Assembly (NCBI GenBank): GCA_021199355.1
Contig: JAJQIF010000016.1
Location: forward strand, 10,230-74,229
Reading direction: 5' to 3'
Origin: Oscillospiraceae bacterium
GTDB taxonomy: Bacteria; Bacillota; Clostridia; Oscillospirales; Ruminococcaceae
Length of the DNA: 64,000 nucleotides
Shown here piece by piece: positions 15,612 through 25,444 of this stretch. Position 1 is the first letter of the stretch. The number at the start of each line of letters is the position of its first letter. The notes under the pieces are model-generated. The model saw only the letters and a program-made list of their open reading frames with translations, was not told the DNA's origin and searched no databases. Position numbers and translations under genes: made by a program.

Positions 15612-17450
15612 ATGTGTGGTATTGTCGGATATTCGGGGAAGAATCAGGCGGCGCCGATACTGTTGGATGGGCTTTCGAGGCTCGAATACAGGGGCTACGA
15701 CTCCGCAGGAATCGCCGTCCGTGACGGTGACGGCGAGATTAAGGTCGTCAAAGCGAAGGGCAGGCTGGCGGTTCTTGCCGAAAAGACCGACGGCGGCAAG
15801 GCTCTTTCGGGCACATGCGGCGTCGGGCACACAAGATGGGCTACTCACGGTGCACCCTCCGAGATAAACGCTCATCCCCACCGTTCGGACGACGGCAACG
15901 TTGTCGGCATCCACAACGGAATCATCGAGAACTACAAAGAGCTCAAGGAGCTTCTCGAGAAGAACGGCTACAGCTTCTATTCCTCGACGGATACGGAAGT
16001 TGCAATAAAGCTGATAGATTACTATTATAAGAAGGGCTTGGGCACGCCGATTGACGCCCTGACCCGTGCCATGACGAGAATTTCCGGCTCCTATGCCTTT
16101 GCGGTGATGTTCAAGGACTTCCCCGACGAGATTTTCGCCGCCAGAAAGGACAGCCCGATTATCGTCGGCGTTAACGGCGACGAATCCTATCTTGCGTCGG
16201 ACGTCCCGGCTATTCTCAAGTACACCCGAAGCGTTTACTATATCGGCAACTACGAGATTGCGCACCTCTCGGGCGGAAGCGTTGAGTTCTACAACATCGA
16301 CGGCGAGAAGATTGAGAAAGAGCCGAGCGAGATAAAATGGGATGCCGCAACCGCCGAAAAAGCCGGCTACGAGCACTTCATGATTAAGGAAATCCACGAA
16401 CAGCCGGAAGCCGTCAGGAACACGCTTTCCTCGGTCATTCACGACGGAAAAATCGACTTAAGCTCGGTCGGGATTTCTGACGAGGAGCTCAAGTCCATCA
16501 GTCAGATTTACATAGTCGCATGCGGCTCGGCTTATCACGTCGGGGCGGTCATGCAGTATGTTATAGAGGACCTGGCGGGAATCCCCGTGCGGGTCGAGCT
16601 TGCTTCGGAATTCAGATACCGCAATCCGGTGCTCGACAAGAACGGGCTCTGCATCATCATCAGCCAGTCGGGTGAAACGGCGGACAGTCTGGCGGCGCTC
16701 CGTGAAGCAAAGAGCAGAGGGCTCAAAACCCTTGCGATAGTAAACGTCGTCGGAAGCTCGATTGCAAGAGAGGCTGACAACGTCTTCTATACCCTTGCCG
16801 GTCCCGAGATTGCCGTCGCAACGACAAAGGCATATTCGGCACAGCTCGTCGCGGGATACACTTTTGCCGTCCAGCTCGCCTATGTCATAGGCAGAATTGA
16901 CGAAGCGAAGTATGAAGACCTGATTGCCGAGCTCCTGACGCTTCCCGAAAAGATTGGGAAGATACTTGAGGATAAAGAGCGGCTACAGTGGTTCGCCGCA
17001 AAACAGGCTTCATCAACGGATATATTCTTCATCGGTCGCGGCATCGACTATGCCATCAGCCTCGAGGGAAGCCTCAAGATGAAGGAGATTTCCTATATCC
17101 ATTCCGAGTCCTACGCCGCCGGTGAGCTCAAGCACGGCGCAATCAGCCTCATCGAGGACGGAACCCTCGTTGTCGGTTGCCTGACACAGAGCGAGCTCTA
17201 TGAAAAGACGGTCAGCAACATGGTCGAGTGCCAAAGCCGTGGGGCATATCTCATGGCGGTGACGACCGACGGCAACTATAACACCGAGGACATAGCCGAC
17301 TTCACCGTCTATATTCCCGAGACGGATTCCCACTTCGCAGCGTCTCTCGCCGTAATCCCACTACAGCTGATGAGCTATTATGTCTCACTGGCGAAGGGAT
17401 TGGATGTGGATAAGCCGAGGAATCTGGCGAAGAGTGTGACGGTGGAATGA
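15612..17450 (+). CDS. glmS: Glutamine--fructose-6-phosphate aminotransferase
   Basis: 612 aa, N-terminal MCGIVGY, two SIS domains, C-terminal ..NLAKSVTVE. Confidence 0.95.
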   Translation: MCGIVGYSGKNQAAPILLDGLSRLEYRGYDSAGIAVRDGDGEIKVVKAKGRLAVLAEKTDGGKALSGTCGVGHTRWATHGAPSEINAHPHRSDDGNVVGIHNGIIENYKELKELLEKNGYSFYSSTDTEVAIKLIDYYYKKGLGTPIDALTRAMTRISGSYAFAVMFKDFPDEIFAARKDSPIIVGVNGDESYLASDVPAILKYTRSVYYIGNYEIAHLSGGSVEFYNIDGEKIEKEPSEIKWDAATAEKAGYEHFMIKEIHEQPEAVRNTLSSVIHDGKIDLSSVGISDEELKSISQIYIVACGSAYHVGAVMQYVIEDLAGIPVRVELASEFRYRNPVLDKNGLCIIISQSGETADSLAALREAKSRGLKTLAIVNVVGSSIAREADNVFYTLAGPEIAVATTKAYSAQLVAGYTFAVQLAYVIGRIDEAKYEDLIAELLTLPEKIGKILEDKERLQWFAAKQASSTDIFFIGRGIDYAISLEGSLKMKEISYIHSESYAAGELKHGAISLIEDGTLVVGCLTQSELYEKTVSNMVECQSRGAYLMAVTTDGNYNTEDIADFTVYIPETDSHFAASLAVIPLQLMSYYVSLAKGLDVDKPRNLAKSVTVE

Positions 17451-17499
17451 CTTGGCTTCGCCAAGTCAGCAAGTTTTGCTTTCAGCAAAACTTGCACTT
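17448..17499 (+). terminator. Two strong hairpins after glmS (the first contains the stop codon)
   Basis: TGACTTGGC-TTC-GCCAAGTCA, then GCAAGTTTTGC-TTTCA-GCAAAACTTGC. No clean U-tract. Confidence 0.45.
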
Positions 17500-17518
17500 T
17501 GAACAAATATAGAACAAA

Positions 17519-17562
17519 AGCGGGAGCGCAGTTCATTATGAATTGCGTTCCCGCTGATTTTA
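17519..17562. terminator. Long hairpin terminator between glmS and the convergent ABC operon
   Basis: AGCGGGAGCGCAGTTCAT/ATGAATTGCGTTCCCGCT stem followed by GATTTTAT. Confidence 0.6.
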
Positions 17563-17593
17563 TCTTTCAATATGAAAGCGTGCCGCTGGCTTC

Positions 17594-19438
17594 CTACGCC
17601 ACCTCTTCAAACTGGCTGTTATACAGCTCGGCATAGAAGCCGCCTTTGGCGAGGAGTTCGTCGTGCGTGCCTTGCTCGACAATGTCGCCGTCGCGCATAA
17701 CGAGGATGATATCGGCGTTCTTGATGGTCGACAGACGGTGGGCGATGACGAAGCTTGTTCTCTTATCGGTCAGCTTATCCATCGCTTCCTGAGTGATCAT
17801 CTCGGTCTTCGTGTCGACGCTCGAGGTCGCTTCATCAAGGATCAGCATCGGGCTGTTCTGAATCATCGCTCTGGCGATTGTCAGGAGCTGTTTCTGACCG
17901 GCGGAAATAGCCGTGTTGTCGCTGAGAACCGAATCGTAGCCGTTCGGAAGTGCCTTGATAAAGCTGTGGATTCCGCAAGCCTTGCAAGCCGCCTCCATCT
18001 GCTCATCTGTTACGCCCTCAGTGTTGTAGAGAAGATTCTCCCTGACGGTTCCTTCAAAGAGCCAAGTTTCCTGCAAAACCATTCCGAACTGGTTGTGGAC
18101 GTTGGACCTCGGGACGTCCTTGGTCGAAACACCGTCGATGAGAATATCTCCGCCGGTGGGCTCGAAGAAGCGCATCAGCAGGTTGACCATAGTCGTCTTG
18201 CCGGCGCCTGTGGGTCCGACGATTGCGACCTTCTGCCCGGGCTTGACCTTCACGCTGAAGCCATGGATAATCTCCTTTTCGGGAGCGTTCGGATATGCGA
18301 ACTTGACATTCTTAAATTCGACTTCGCCCTTAACATTCTCAATCTTCTTGGTCTTATCGGACTCGTCGTCCATCTCTTCCTCACCGAGGAATTCGAAAAC
18401 TCTCTCGGAAGCCGCCGCACAGGACTGAACCTGGGTCATAGCCTGAGAAATCTGACGGAGAGGAGACTCGAAGAGTCTTGTGTAAATCAGGAATGCGGTG
18501 ATAACGCCGAAGGTTATCTGTCCGTCGATGATGAGTGCCGCACCGACAACGCAGACAGCAACATAGCTGAAGTTGCCGATGAAGGTCATGATAGGCTGCA
18601 TAAGTCCCGAAAGGAACTGCGAGCGGAAGTTTGCGTTCTTGACAGCCTTGTTCATCGAAGTGAAGGTATCCTTGACCTCGCCCTCGGCGTTCAGGATTCT
18701 TATAACATCGTGACCGGTGTACATCTCTTCAATATAGCCGTTCAGGATACCTAAGTTTTCCTGACGAGCGGTAAAGTACTTCTGCGAATGGCTCATGACG
18801 ATTACCATGCAGATAAGTCCGACTATGGTAGCAACGACGGTCGTGGTTGCCATAATGGCGTTGGTGTAGTACATCATGATGAGGCAACCGATGAACTGAG
18901 CGATTGCGGTGACGAGGTTTGACAGGCTGTTGGACATAGCCTGACCTATCATATCGACATCGTTCGTCATTCTCGAGAGAACGTCGCCTGCGGCGTTACC
19001 CGAGAAGTATTTCAGGGGAAGTCTGTTAATCTTGGTGCTGATGTCGCCACGGAGCCTCTTCGAGGTTCTCTGTGTGACGGTCTGCATGATGTAGTGCTGT
19101 AAGAAGCTGAATATTGCACTTGCAAGGTACAAGCCGAGCAGGAGCAATGCAACGCTCAGAATTCCGTCCATATCTATTGAGGTGGTCAGACCATCATAGA
19201 TGTAGTCGGTAAGGCGACTGAGCTGGTTCGGTCCTATAATCGTGAGAACCGCACCTGCGGCGGCGAGAACGAGTGCAAAAATGATGATTCCCGTCTGGTT
19301 ACTGATATATCTGAGAAGTCCGAGGAGTGCGCCCTTCATGTCCTTGGCTTTGCCGCCCGACATGCCTCTGCCGCCCATGGGACCTCTTCCACCCATCGGT
19401 CTGCCCGTGGGTCTTGAATTTGTTTCCGGCATAATCAA
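17594..19438 (-). CDS. ABC exporter, fused permease/ATPase (heterodimer subunit with canonical Walker B, degenerate signature)
   Basis: 614 aa, 6-TM domain plus NBD: GPTGAGKTT, ISAGQKQL, LILDEATSSVD. Confidence 0.85.
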   Translation of the reverse strand: MIMPETNSRPTGRPMGGRGPMGGRGMSGGKAKDMKGALLGLLRYISNQTGIIIFALVLAAAGAVLTIIGPNQLSRLTDYIYDGLTTSIDMDGILSVALLLLGLYLASAIFSFLQHYIMQTVTQRTSKRLRGDISTKINRLPLKYFSGNAAGDVLSRMTNDVDMIGQAMSNSLSNLVTAIAQFIGCLIMMYYTNAIMATTTVVATIVGLICMVIVMSHSQKYFTARQENLGILNGYIEEMYTGHDVIRILNAEGEVKDTFTSMNKAVKNANFRSQFLSGLMQPIMTFIGNFSYVAVCVVGAALIIDGQITFGVITAFLIYTRLFESPLRQISQAMTQVQSCAAASERVFEFLGEEEMDDESDKTKKIENVKGEVEFKNVKFAYPNAPEKEIIHGFSVKVKPGQKVAIVGPTGAGKTTMVNLLMRFFEPTGGDILIDGVSTKDVPRSNVHNQFGMVLQETWLFEGTVRENLLYNTEGVTDEQMEAACKACGIHSFIKALPNGYDSVLSDNTAISAGQKQLLTIARAMIQNSPMLILDEATSSVDTKTEMITQEAMDKLTDKRTSFVIAHRLSTIKNADIILVMRDGDIVEQGTHDELLAKGGFYAELYNSQFEEVA

Positions 19439-19447
19439 AGCACCTCC

Positions 19448-21244
19448 TTATTCATTTGCCGCAAGCTCGTCTTCCGAGAGCTGTGACAAAGCTATCTGCT
19501 GATAAACCGGGCAATTCTTCATGAGTTCATCATGAGTGCCGATTCCTGCGACTGCACCGTCATCAAGAACGATAATCTTGTCGGCGTGACGGATGGTTCC
19601 GATTCTCTGGGCTACGATGAGGCAGGTTGTGCCGTCAAGGTCGGTCTTGATGCGCTGACGGAGTGCACGGTCGGTCTTATAGTCGAGAGCCGAGAAGGAG
19701 TCGTCGAAGATGAGGATTTCCGGCTTGCCGGCAACCGCTCTGGCAATGGAGAGACGCTGTTTCTGACCGCCGGACACGTTCGAGCCGCCCGCAGAAATTC
19801 TGCTGTTGACTCCGTCGTCCATGGCATTTACAAAGTCGGAAGCCTGAGCGATATCCATCGCATTTTCCATCTCTTCATAAGTAATATTATTTCTCGTTGA
19901 ACCGAACTTCAGGTTGCCCTCAACAGTATTTGCGAACAGAGTCGCTTTCTGAGGAATATAACCAATCTTGTTATAGAGCGTTTCAAAATCGTATTCCGAG
20001 ATTTCCTTGCCGTCGAGAAGAACGGTTCCCGAAGTGGCATCATAAAGCCTTGCGGCAAGACCGCCGAGGGTGGATTTACCGGAACCGGTGGCACCGATGA
20101 CGGCGACCGTTTCGCCCTTCTTGGCGGAGAATGTGATGTGCTTGAGGCAATCCTCAGAGGCATCGGGATAGCGGAAGGAAACATCCTTGAATTCGATGGT
20201 GCCGGTTTCTGTGGAAGTGGTTTCGTTGCCCTCTTTAACGGCAATATCCGAATCGAGGACTTCGTTGATTCTGGCTGCAGAAACCTGTGCACGGGGAAGG
20301 AGCATGAATATCATCAGAAGCATCACGAACGACATGATGACATAGAGCGCATACGAGCTGAACGAAACGACCTCGCCGAGCATGTTCGAACGCTCGGAAA
20401 TAGCGGTTGCGATTTCGGCGGCTGTTCCGCTCAGAGGCACTTCGATATTGTTGATGAGAATTGCGCCGACATAGTAGATGGCAACGCTGACGCCGCTCTG
20501 CACGAACATCATGATAGGCGACAGAATCGCCATTCCACGACCTGTGAAGAGCTGTGTTTTCATGAGGTTTGTATTAGCCGTGTCGAATTTATCTTCCTGA
20601 TACTTTTCGGCGTTGAAGGCACGAACAACTCTGATACCGTTGAGGTTTTCTTCCGTGATTCTGTTGACGTCATCAATCTGCTTCTGGACGACTCTGAATT
20701 TCGGAATCATAATTGCGAGTATCACAATCAGTGCTCCGACGACGATTACAACCGCCGATGCAACGACAACCGAGAGCTCCCAGCTCTTGCCGACAATCTT
20801 GATAATCGCCCAGATAGCCATAATAGGTGCACGAATAAGCATCTGAAGACCCATCGAGATTATCATCTGAATTTGGGTTATATCGTTGGTGGTACGGGTG
20901 ATTAAACTTGCGGTCGAGAACTTCTTTATCTCACCGGGTCCGAAAGAAGTGACTTTGTCGAATAGCTTAGCTCTTACGTCGTAAGAGAAGTCAGCCGCAA
21001 TCATAGCGGACAGATATCCGACTATGACCGTCAGCAAAGCACTGCACAAAGCACAGGCAAGCATCTTTCCGCCTGCTACGAAGTATTGCGACAGCTCGGT
21101 TACCTCACTGCTTATAAGAACTGTGATTTCAGCGGTGTAATCGGGCAGGCGCAAATCAAAATAAACCTGACCGCAAACAAGCAGCACACACAGAAGTGCG
21201 AGCCACCTGTCCTTGGTCTTCATATTTCCGAAAATATGAAGCAT
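19448..21244 (-). CDS. ABC exporter, fused permease/ATPase (heterodimer subunit with Walker B Asp-Asp)
   Basis: NBD motifs GATGSGKST, VSGGQKQR, ILIFDDSFSALD. Start set at ATG 21244, since GGAGG lies inside the TTG-initiated extension to 21262. Confidence 0.85.
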   Translation of the reverse strand: MLHIFGNMKTKDRWLALLCVLLVCGQVYFDLRLPDYTAEITVLISSEVTELSQYFVAGGKMLACALCSALLTVIVGYLSAMIAADFSYDVRAKLFDKVTSFGPGEIKKFSTASLITRTTNDITQIQMIISMGLQMLIRAPIMAIWAIIKIVGKSWELSVVVASAVVIVVGALIVILAIMIPKFRVVQKQIDDVNRITEENLNGIRVVRAFNAEKYQEDKFDTANTNLMKTQLFTGRGMAILSPIMMFVQSGVSVAIYYVGAILINNIEVPLSGTAAEIATAISERSNMLGEVVSFSSYALYVIMSFVMLLMIFMLLPRAQVSAARINEVLDSDIAVKEGNETTSTETGTIEFKDVSFRYPDASEDCLKHITFSAKKGETVAVIGATGSGKSTLGGLAARLYDATSGTVLLDGKEISEYDFETLYNKIGYIPQKATLFANTVEGNLKFGSTRNNITYEEMENAMDIAQASDFVNAMDDGVNSRISAGGSNVSGGQKQRLSIARAVAGKPEILIFDDSFSALDYKTDRALRQRIKTDLDGTTCLIVAQRIGTIRHADKIIVLDDGAVAGIGTHDELMKNCPVYQQIALSQLSEDELAANE

Positions 21245-21356
21245 ATAAAAACATTCCTCCAATAAAATCTATCTTCTGATATTAACTTAATACCGTCCTG
21301 TTTTCCCCTCAAGCAATATATTCCACGCATCACTTTCCTTAATGCCTGATTTATAA

Positions 21357-22538
21357 TTACAGAGGTAAATCTTTCTTCTGGAATCTGACTGCGCCGACTG
21401 CGTAGCAGACCACAGCTATTACAACCAAAGCTATAAGCTTCGGAACGAAAGCATAATCAACGGCACCGGAGCCGACCGTTCCGAGGGCTTCAACGTCAAA
21501 CAAACCTACTATAGTCAGATTATTGAAGACTCCGAGCATTTCGGCGCCAATTCCCATGCTGACCATCGTATCGGAACCGAACATTCCGAGAAGCGAGCAG
21601 AGGAAGAACCAGACATTGAGTCCGCCGCCGAGAGCCATAGCATTCTTGCTGAGGTTGAATACACAGCTTGCCATGTAGCAGATGCTCGCCATTGCCTCCG
21701 CTAAGAGATAGATTCCGCCGTAGAGAGCCAGGAATTTCACTACATCCACTTCACCGGTAAAACCTCTTGTCGCCACAAGCCTTACTATCAGTCCACAGCC
21801 GACCATTATCAGAGGCGTGACTATCATGTATATAAGCTGAGTGATGACAACAGCGCTTCTCTTTGTCGGTGTGGATAAGACATAAGCCATCGAGCCCTTG
21901 TCGACCTGGTCAACGAAAAGCTCGTTGCCGGCGAAGATGATGAAGAGTATAATCGGAAGTAAGCACATGATGGTGAAGTACATCTGATTGAGCATAGCGG
22001 ATGTATCCATCTCGGTCATGGTGTTGAGCATATCCGATGACATACCCATCATCTCAAACATGTTAGTCATCATTGTGCTGACATCCAAGGTGTCGCCCGT
22101 GAAGACGCCTTCGGTGGCGCCCAAGGCATAGACATACTCGAAGTTTGTGATATAGACATCAAGTCCTACGTCCGATTCCGAAAGAAGCTCAGCCGATTCT
22201 GCGAATTTCTCAACCGACAAATCGAGCTCTTCCGACTGCGCGGACATCATCTCGAAAACAGTCTCGTACATGGTCGTGTCGTCGGAAGATGCAAAGTCGT
22301 CATAGCTCAAGTCGGTTCCCATCATCTCGTTATATGCCGCCAGAACATACAGGTGGCTGTAGAAATCGGTCTGGGCGTCGGTATAATCGGTCGACTCCGT
22401 TCCGGCAATGAGGTTTCCGGCGTAGGTGGTGACAATCGTCATCAGGCATAAGACCACCGTGCAGGCAATCAGAAGCACTCTGTTTGCCCGAAGGCTCTGC
22501 TTGAACAGAGGTATTGAAAATACTTTCGTTACTTTCAT
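21357..22538 (-). CDS. ABC-2 type transporter permease
   Basis: 393 aa. N-terminal TM, large extracytoplasmic segment, C-terminal multi-TM bundle. Overlaps the upstream ATPase gene by 4 nt. Confidence 0.7.
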   Translation of the reverse strand: MKVTKVFSIPLFKQSLRANRVLLIACTVVLCLMTIVTTYAGNLIAGTESTDYTDAQTDFYSHLYVLAAYNEMMGTDLSYDDFASSDDTTMYETVFEMMSAQSEELDLSVEKFAESAELLSESDVGLDVYITNFEYVYALGATEGVFTGDTLDVSTMMTNMFEMMGMSSDMLNTMTEMDTSAMLNQMYFTIMCLLPIILFIIFAGNELFVDQVDKGSMAYVLSTPTKRSAVVITQLIYMIVTPLIMVGCGLIVRLVATRGFTGEVDVVKFLALYGGIYLLAEAMASICYMASCVFNLSKNAMALGGGLNVWFFLCSLLGMFGSDTMVSMGIGAEMLGVFNNLTIVGLFDVEALGTVGSGAVDYAFVPKLIALVVIAVVCYAVGAVRFQKKDLPL

Positions 22539-23434
22539 TTCTTTTTCTCCTCTTCTCTGTATATGTTCATGAAGTATTCCTCCAGATTCTCGTGGGTTTC
22601 GTCAACGGTAACGACTTCAAGGTTCCTAAGAGCCTTGAAAAGCCCGTCGGTTTCGTTTGCAAGAAGACCTATTGTCGCTTCGTTGCCGTTCATGGTCGCC
22701 TCGGGCATCCTCTCCGCAAATTTCTTTGCCGAGGGCTGATTGCCGAAGACAATTTTATAGTTTCTCTTGGTTCCGTGCCTGAGGTCGGAAAGGCTCAGGA
22801 CGCTTTCAATCTTGCCGTTGCCGATTATGGCGACTCTGTCGCAGACGTCCTCGATTTCCTCGAAGATGTGGCTCGACATGAAGATTGTTCTGCCCTTGTT
22901 CTTTTCCTCACGAACAAGCTCAAGGAAGGTTTCTCTCATCAACGGGTCAAGACCTGTTGTCGGTTCGTCCATGACGAGGATTTCCTTGTCGCCCATCAGA
23001 GCCGCAACGATTGCGGTCTTCTGCTTCATGCCCTTGCTCATTCGCTTTAAGTTAGCCGAAGGGTCGAGCCCGAGCTTGTCGATAAGGTAGTTCATATAGG
23101 TGAAATCCTTGACGCCAAGGAATTCCGCCTGAATTTTAAAGAAATCGGTTCCTGTCTTTACATCCGGGAAGGCAATCTCACCGGGGATGTAGCTCACGTT
23201 TTTCATGACCTCGGGGGCATTCTTCCAAGGATTTATGCCATTTACGTCCACCTCGCCGGAATCGGGCTTAAGAAATCCCATCATGTGGCGGATAGTAGTG
23301 GTCTTGCCGGAGCCGTTGGTGCCGAGGTATCCGAAGACCTCGCCCTTCTTGATGTCGAGGGAGATATCAAAGACACCACGATTATATCCATAGTCTTTTG
23401 TGAGATGCTGTACGGAAATAACGCTGTCGCTCAT
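22535..23434 (-). CDS. ABC transporter ATP-binding protein
   Basis: GTNGSGKTT, MSKGMKQK, ILVMDEPTTGLD. Confidence 0.9.
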   Translation of the reverse strand: MSDSVISVQHLTKDYGYNRGVFDISLDIKKGEVFGYLGTNGSGKTTTIRHMMGFLKPDSGEVDVNGINPWKNAPEVMKNVSYIPGEIAFPDVKTGTDFFKIQAEFLGVKDFTYMNYLIDKLGLDPSANLKRMSKGMKQKTAIVAALMGDKEILVMDEPTTGLDPLMRETFLELVREEKNKGRTIFMSSHIFEEIEDVCDRVAIIGNGKIESVLSLSDLRHGTKRNYKIVFGNQPSAKKFAERMPEATMNGNEATIGLLANETDGLFKALRNLEVVTVDETHENLEEYFMNIYREEEKKK

Positions 23435-24345
23435 CTGCTCACCCCCTCGAAATGATGACCTGTGTCATAGAAGCTCATGAAGTAGTCCTCAAGTGTGAAC
23501 GGAATCTCGACGAAATCCGCAATCTCATAATCTCCTAAGCACTGTGTCAGCTCGCCGACCCTGTCAGCCTCAATCTGGACTTTTGCACGAAGCTTGCCAT
23601 GGTTTTTAGATGTAAACCTGAACGGCTTCTCGATAAATCTTAAGTACGAGCCCTCGTCCTTGAATGTGACGCGATAGATTCTGTCGTGGCTCGCCTTGAG
23701 CTCATCCGACTTGAATTCCGAAACGATACTGCCGTCACGGATTATTGCAATCCTGTCGCACGAAGCGTCGACCTCGTGGAAGATGTGGGACGAGAGGAAG
23801 ATGGTCTTGCCTCTTGCCTTTTCCTCTTTTACAAAGTCAATAAACGTCTCCTGCATGACCGGGTCGAGTCCCGATGTCGGTTCGTCCAATATCAGAATAT
23901 CCGGGTCGTGCATGAAAGCCGTAACAACCGCAAGCTTTCTCTTGACGCCAAGACTCATCCGCTTGATGCTGATGTTCGGGTCGAGGTCGAACTTGTCAAG
24001 AAGCATCTTTAAGTAATCGTCGTTTTTTGTGTTCCGCATGCCCTCCATCATCTTAAGGAAGCCTGTTCCGGAAAGTCCCTGCGGGAGGGTGACCTCTCCG
24101 GGGAGATAGCCGACGGTGTTCTTGAGTTCCGCCGAGTGCTCCCAGCTGTCTTTACCTGAAATAGAGGTTTTGCCTTTTTCGGGCTTTGAAAAGCCCATCA
24201 GATGTCGTATTGTAGTGGTTTTCCCGGCACCGTTAGGTCCGAGAAAGCCGTAGCATTCGCCTTTGTCCACTTGAATAGACACATCAAACACGCCACGACC
24301 GTGACCGTAGTCCTTTGTCAGATGGTCTACAGAAATAACCGGCAT
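23431..24345 (-). CDS. ABC transporter ATP-binding protein
   Basis: GPNGAGKTT, MSLGVKRK, ILILDEPTSGLD; AAGGAGG SD. Confidence 0.9.
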   Translation of the reverse strand: MPVISVDHLTKDYGHGRGVFDVSIQVDKGECYGFLGPNGAGKTTTIRHLMGFSKPEKGKTSISGKDSWEHSAELKNTVGYLPGEVTLPQGLSGTGFLKMMEGMRNTKNDDYLKMLLDKFDLDPNISIKRMSLGVKRKLAVVTAFMHDPDILILDEPTSGLDPVMQETFIDFVKEEKARGKTIFLSSHIFHEVDASCDRIAIIRDGSIVSEFKSDELKASHDRIYRVTFKDEGSYLRFIEKPFRFTSKNHGKLRAKVQIEADRVGELTQCLGDYEIADFVEIPFTLEDYFMSFYDTGHHFEGVSR

Positions 24346-24363
24346 TCAAATTTCCTCCTTGTT

Positions 24364-24448
24364 ATTATCCAACAACCTGTTGTATGATTAGTATTATACT
24401 CAACCGAAATCGGGTGTCAACCCAACAATTTCCAAAGTGTCGGATAGT
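24364..24448 (-). promoter_or_regulatory. Promoter/operator module A (TTGACA-16-TATAAT plus ACAAC-CT-GTTGT operator) driving the ABC-2 operon
   Basis: About 85 bp homologous to 28668-28754, including an identical 24-mer ATTATCCAACAACCTGTTGTAT. -10 at 24393-24398, -35 at 24415-24420 (minus strand), operator at 24372-24383. Confidence 0.6.
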
Positions 24449-24463
24449 TCGCGGACGGTTCAA

Positions 24464-25444
24464 TTACGAAAAATACCTGCAAAATTCTTTGTAATTATAA
24501 TCCTTTTCAGGCTTGCAGAGGACGGCGAAGTCTATCGAGTCAAACAGCGCCTCCGCCGGCTTTCCGGCATAGGAGAAGCCCATAATCGCCTCATAAAACA
24601 GCCTTGATACAAGGCTTGCATCGTTTCCGTATATTCCGCAACCGAATGCGCCCAAGATCAAATGGCGATATTTTTCCGTTGCGGCGACCGTCAGCATTCC
24701 CCGAATACGGGTTTCGAGCATGCTTTCATACTCTTCCTGCGTCATCCCCTCGAGCCCCATGCGAATCATCGGTGCTGAGCACGACATGACCGATATCGGG
24801 AACGGCTCTGCGAGCGTTTCGGAAGAGTGATTTTTTATAACCTCGACATTTTCCGACATGACAATCCCGTCTGAGCCCATGTGGGTCTTGTGGGCGTTGT
24901 TATAGTCGTAATACTTCTTTGCGTTCTCGCTTTCGAGGGAAAGAAGGAGCGACGAACGCCGGCAGAGGTCTTCCTCCTGCGCACTTGCGCCCTTGCGGGT
25001 GCGTCCACCGGGCTCGGTAGCCGAAGCGAGATTCAAAACCAATACCTTCGGTGAGAAGTCCCCCGCTTCCTTCATTTCAAGATATCTTTTCTTTGCAAGA
25101 ACAAGCGCATCTTCGTTTTCACAGCCGAAAATCCGGCTTATATCGCGTTCATCGTGTGCTTCTGTAACCGGTGCCGACTTTTCAATAGCTTCGATATCTT
25201 CGGGGAGATAGACTTTTGCTTCTTCCATTTCGCCGACAGAGAATCTGAGATTTATTTCCTTGCCGTCCTTTTCATAAGAGCCTTTTTCGAGAATGCCGAG
25301 CGTGTCCTCAAGAATCCTGATATTTTCAAGCCTGCGCTTTTCTCTTTCGGCATCACGAACCTTGATTTGTTCCTCTGTCAGACCCTTGTTTTCCGCTTCG
25401 CGCATCTTCTCGGCAAGCTCTTTCATCTTTTCTTCATCAGGCAT
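24464..25444 (-). CDS. PARG-like macrodomain protein (TIGR02452/DUF2263-type)
   Basis: 326 aa; LNLASATEPGGRTRKGASAQEEDLCRRS matches the GG-X6-8-QEE bacterial PARG signature. C-terminal GAFGCG macrodomain diphosphate loop. Confidence 0.7.
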   Translation of the reverse strand: MPDEEKMKELAEKMREAENKGLTEEQIKVRDAEREKRRLENIRILEDTLGILEKGSYEKDGKEINLRFSVGEMEEAKVYLPEDIEAIEKSAPVTEAHDERDISRIFGCENEDALVLAKKRYLEMKEAGDFSPKVLVLNLASATEPGGRTRKGASAQEEDLCRRSSLLLSLESENAKKYYDYNNAHKTHMGSDGIVMSENVEVIKNHSSETLAEPFPISVMSCSAPMIRMGLEGMTQEEYESMLETRIRGMLTVAATEKYRHLILGAFGCGIYGNDASLVSRLFYEAIMGFSYAGKPAEALFDSIDFAVLCKPEKDYNYKEFCRYFS

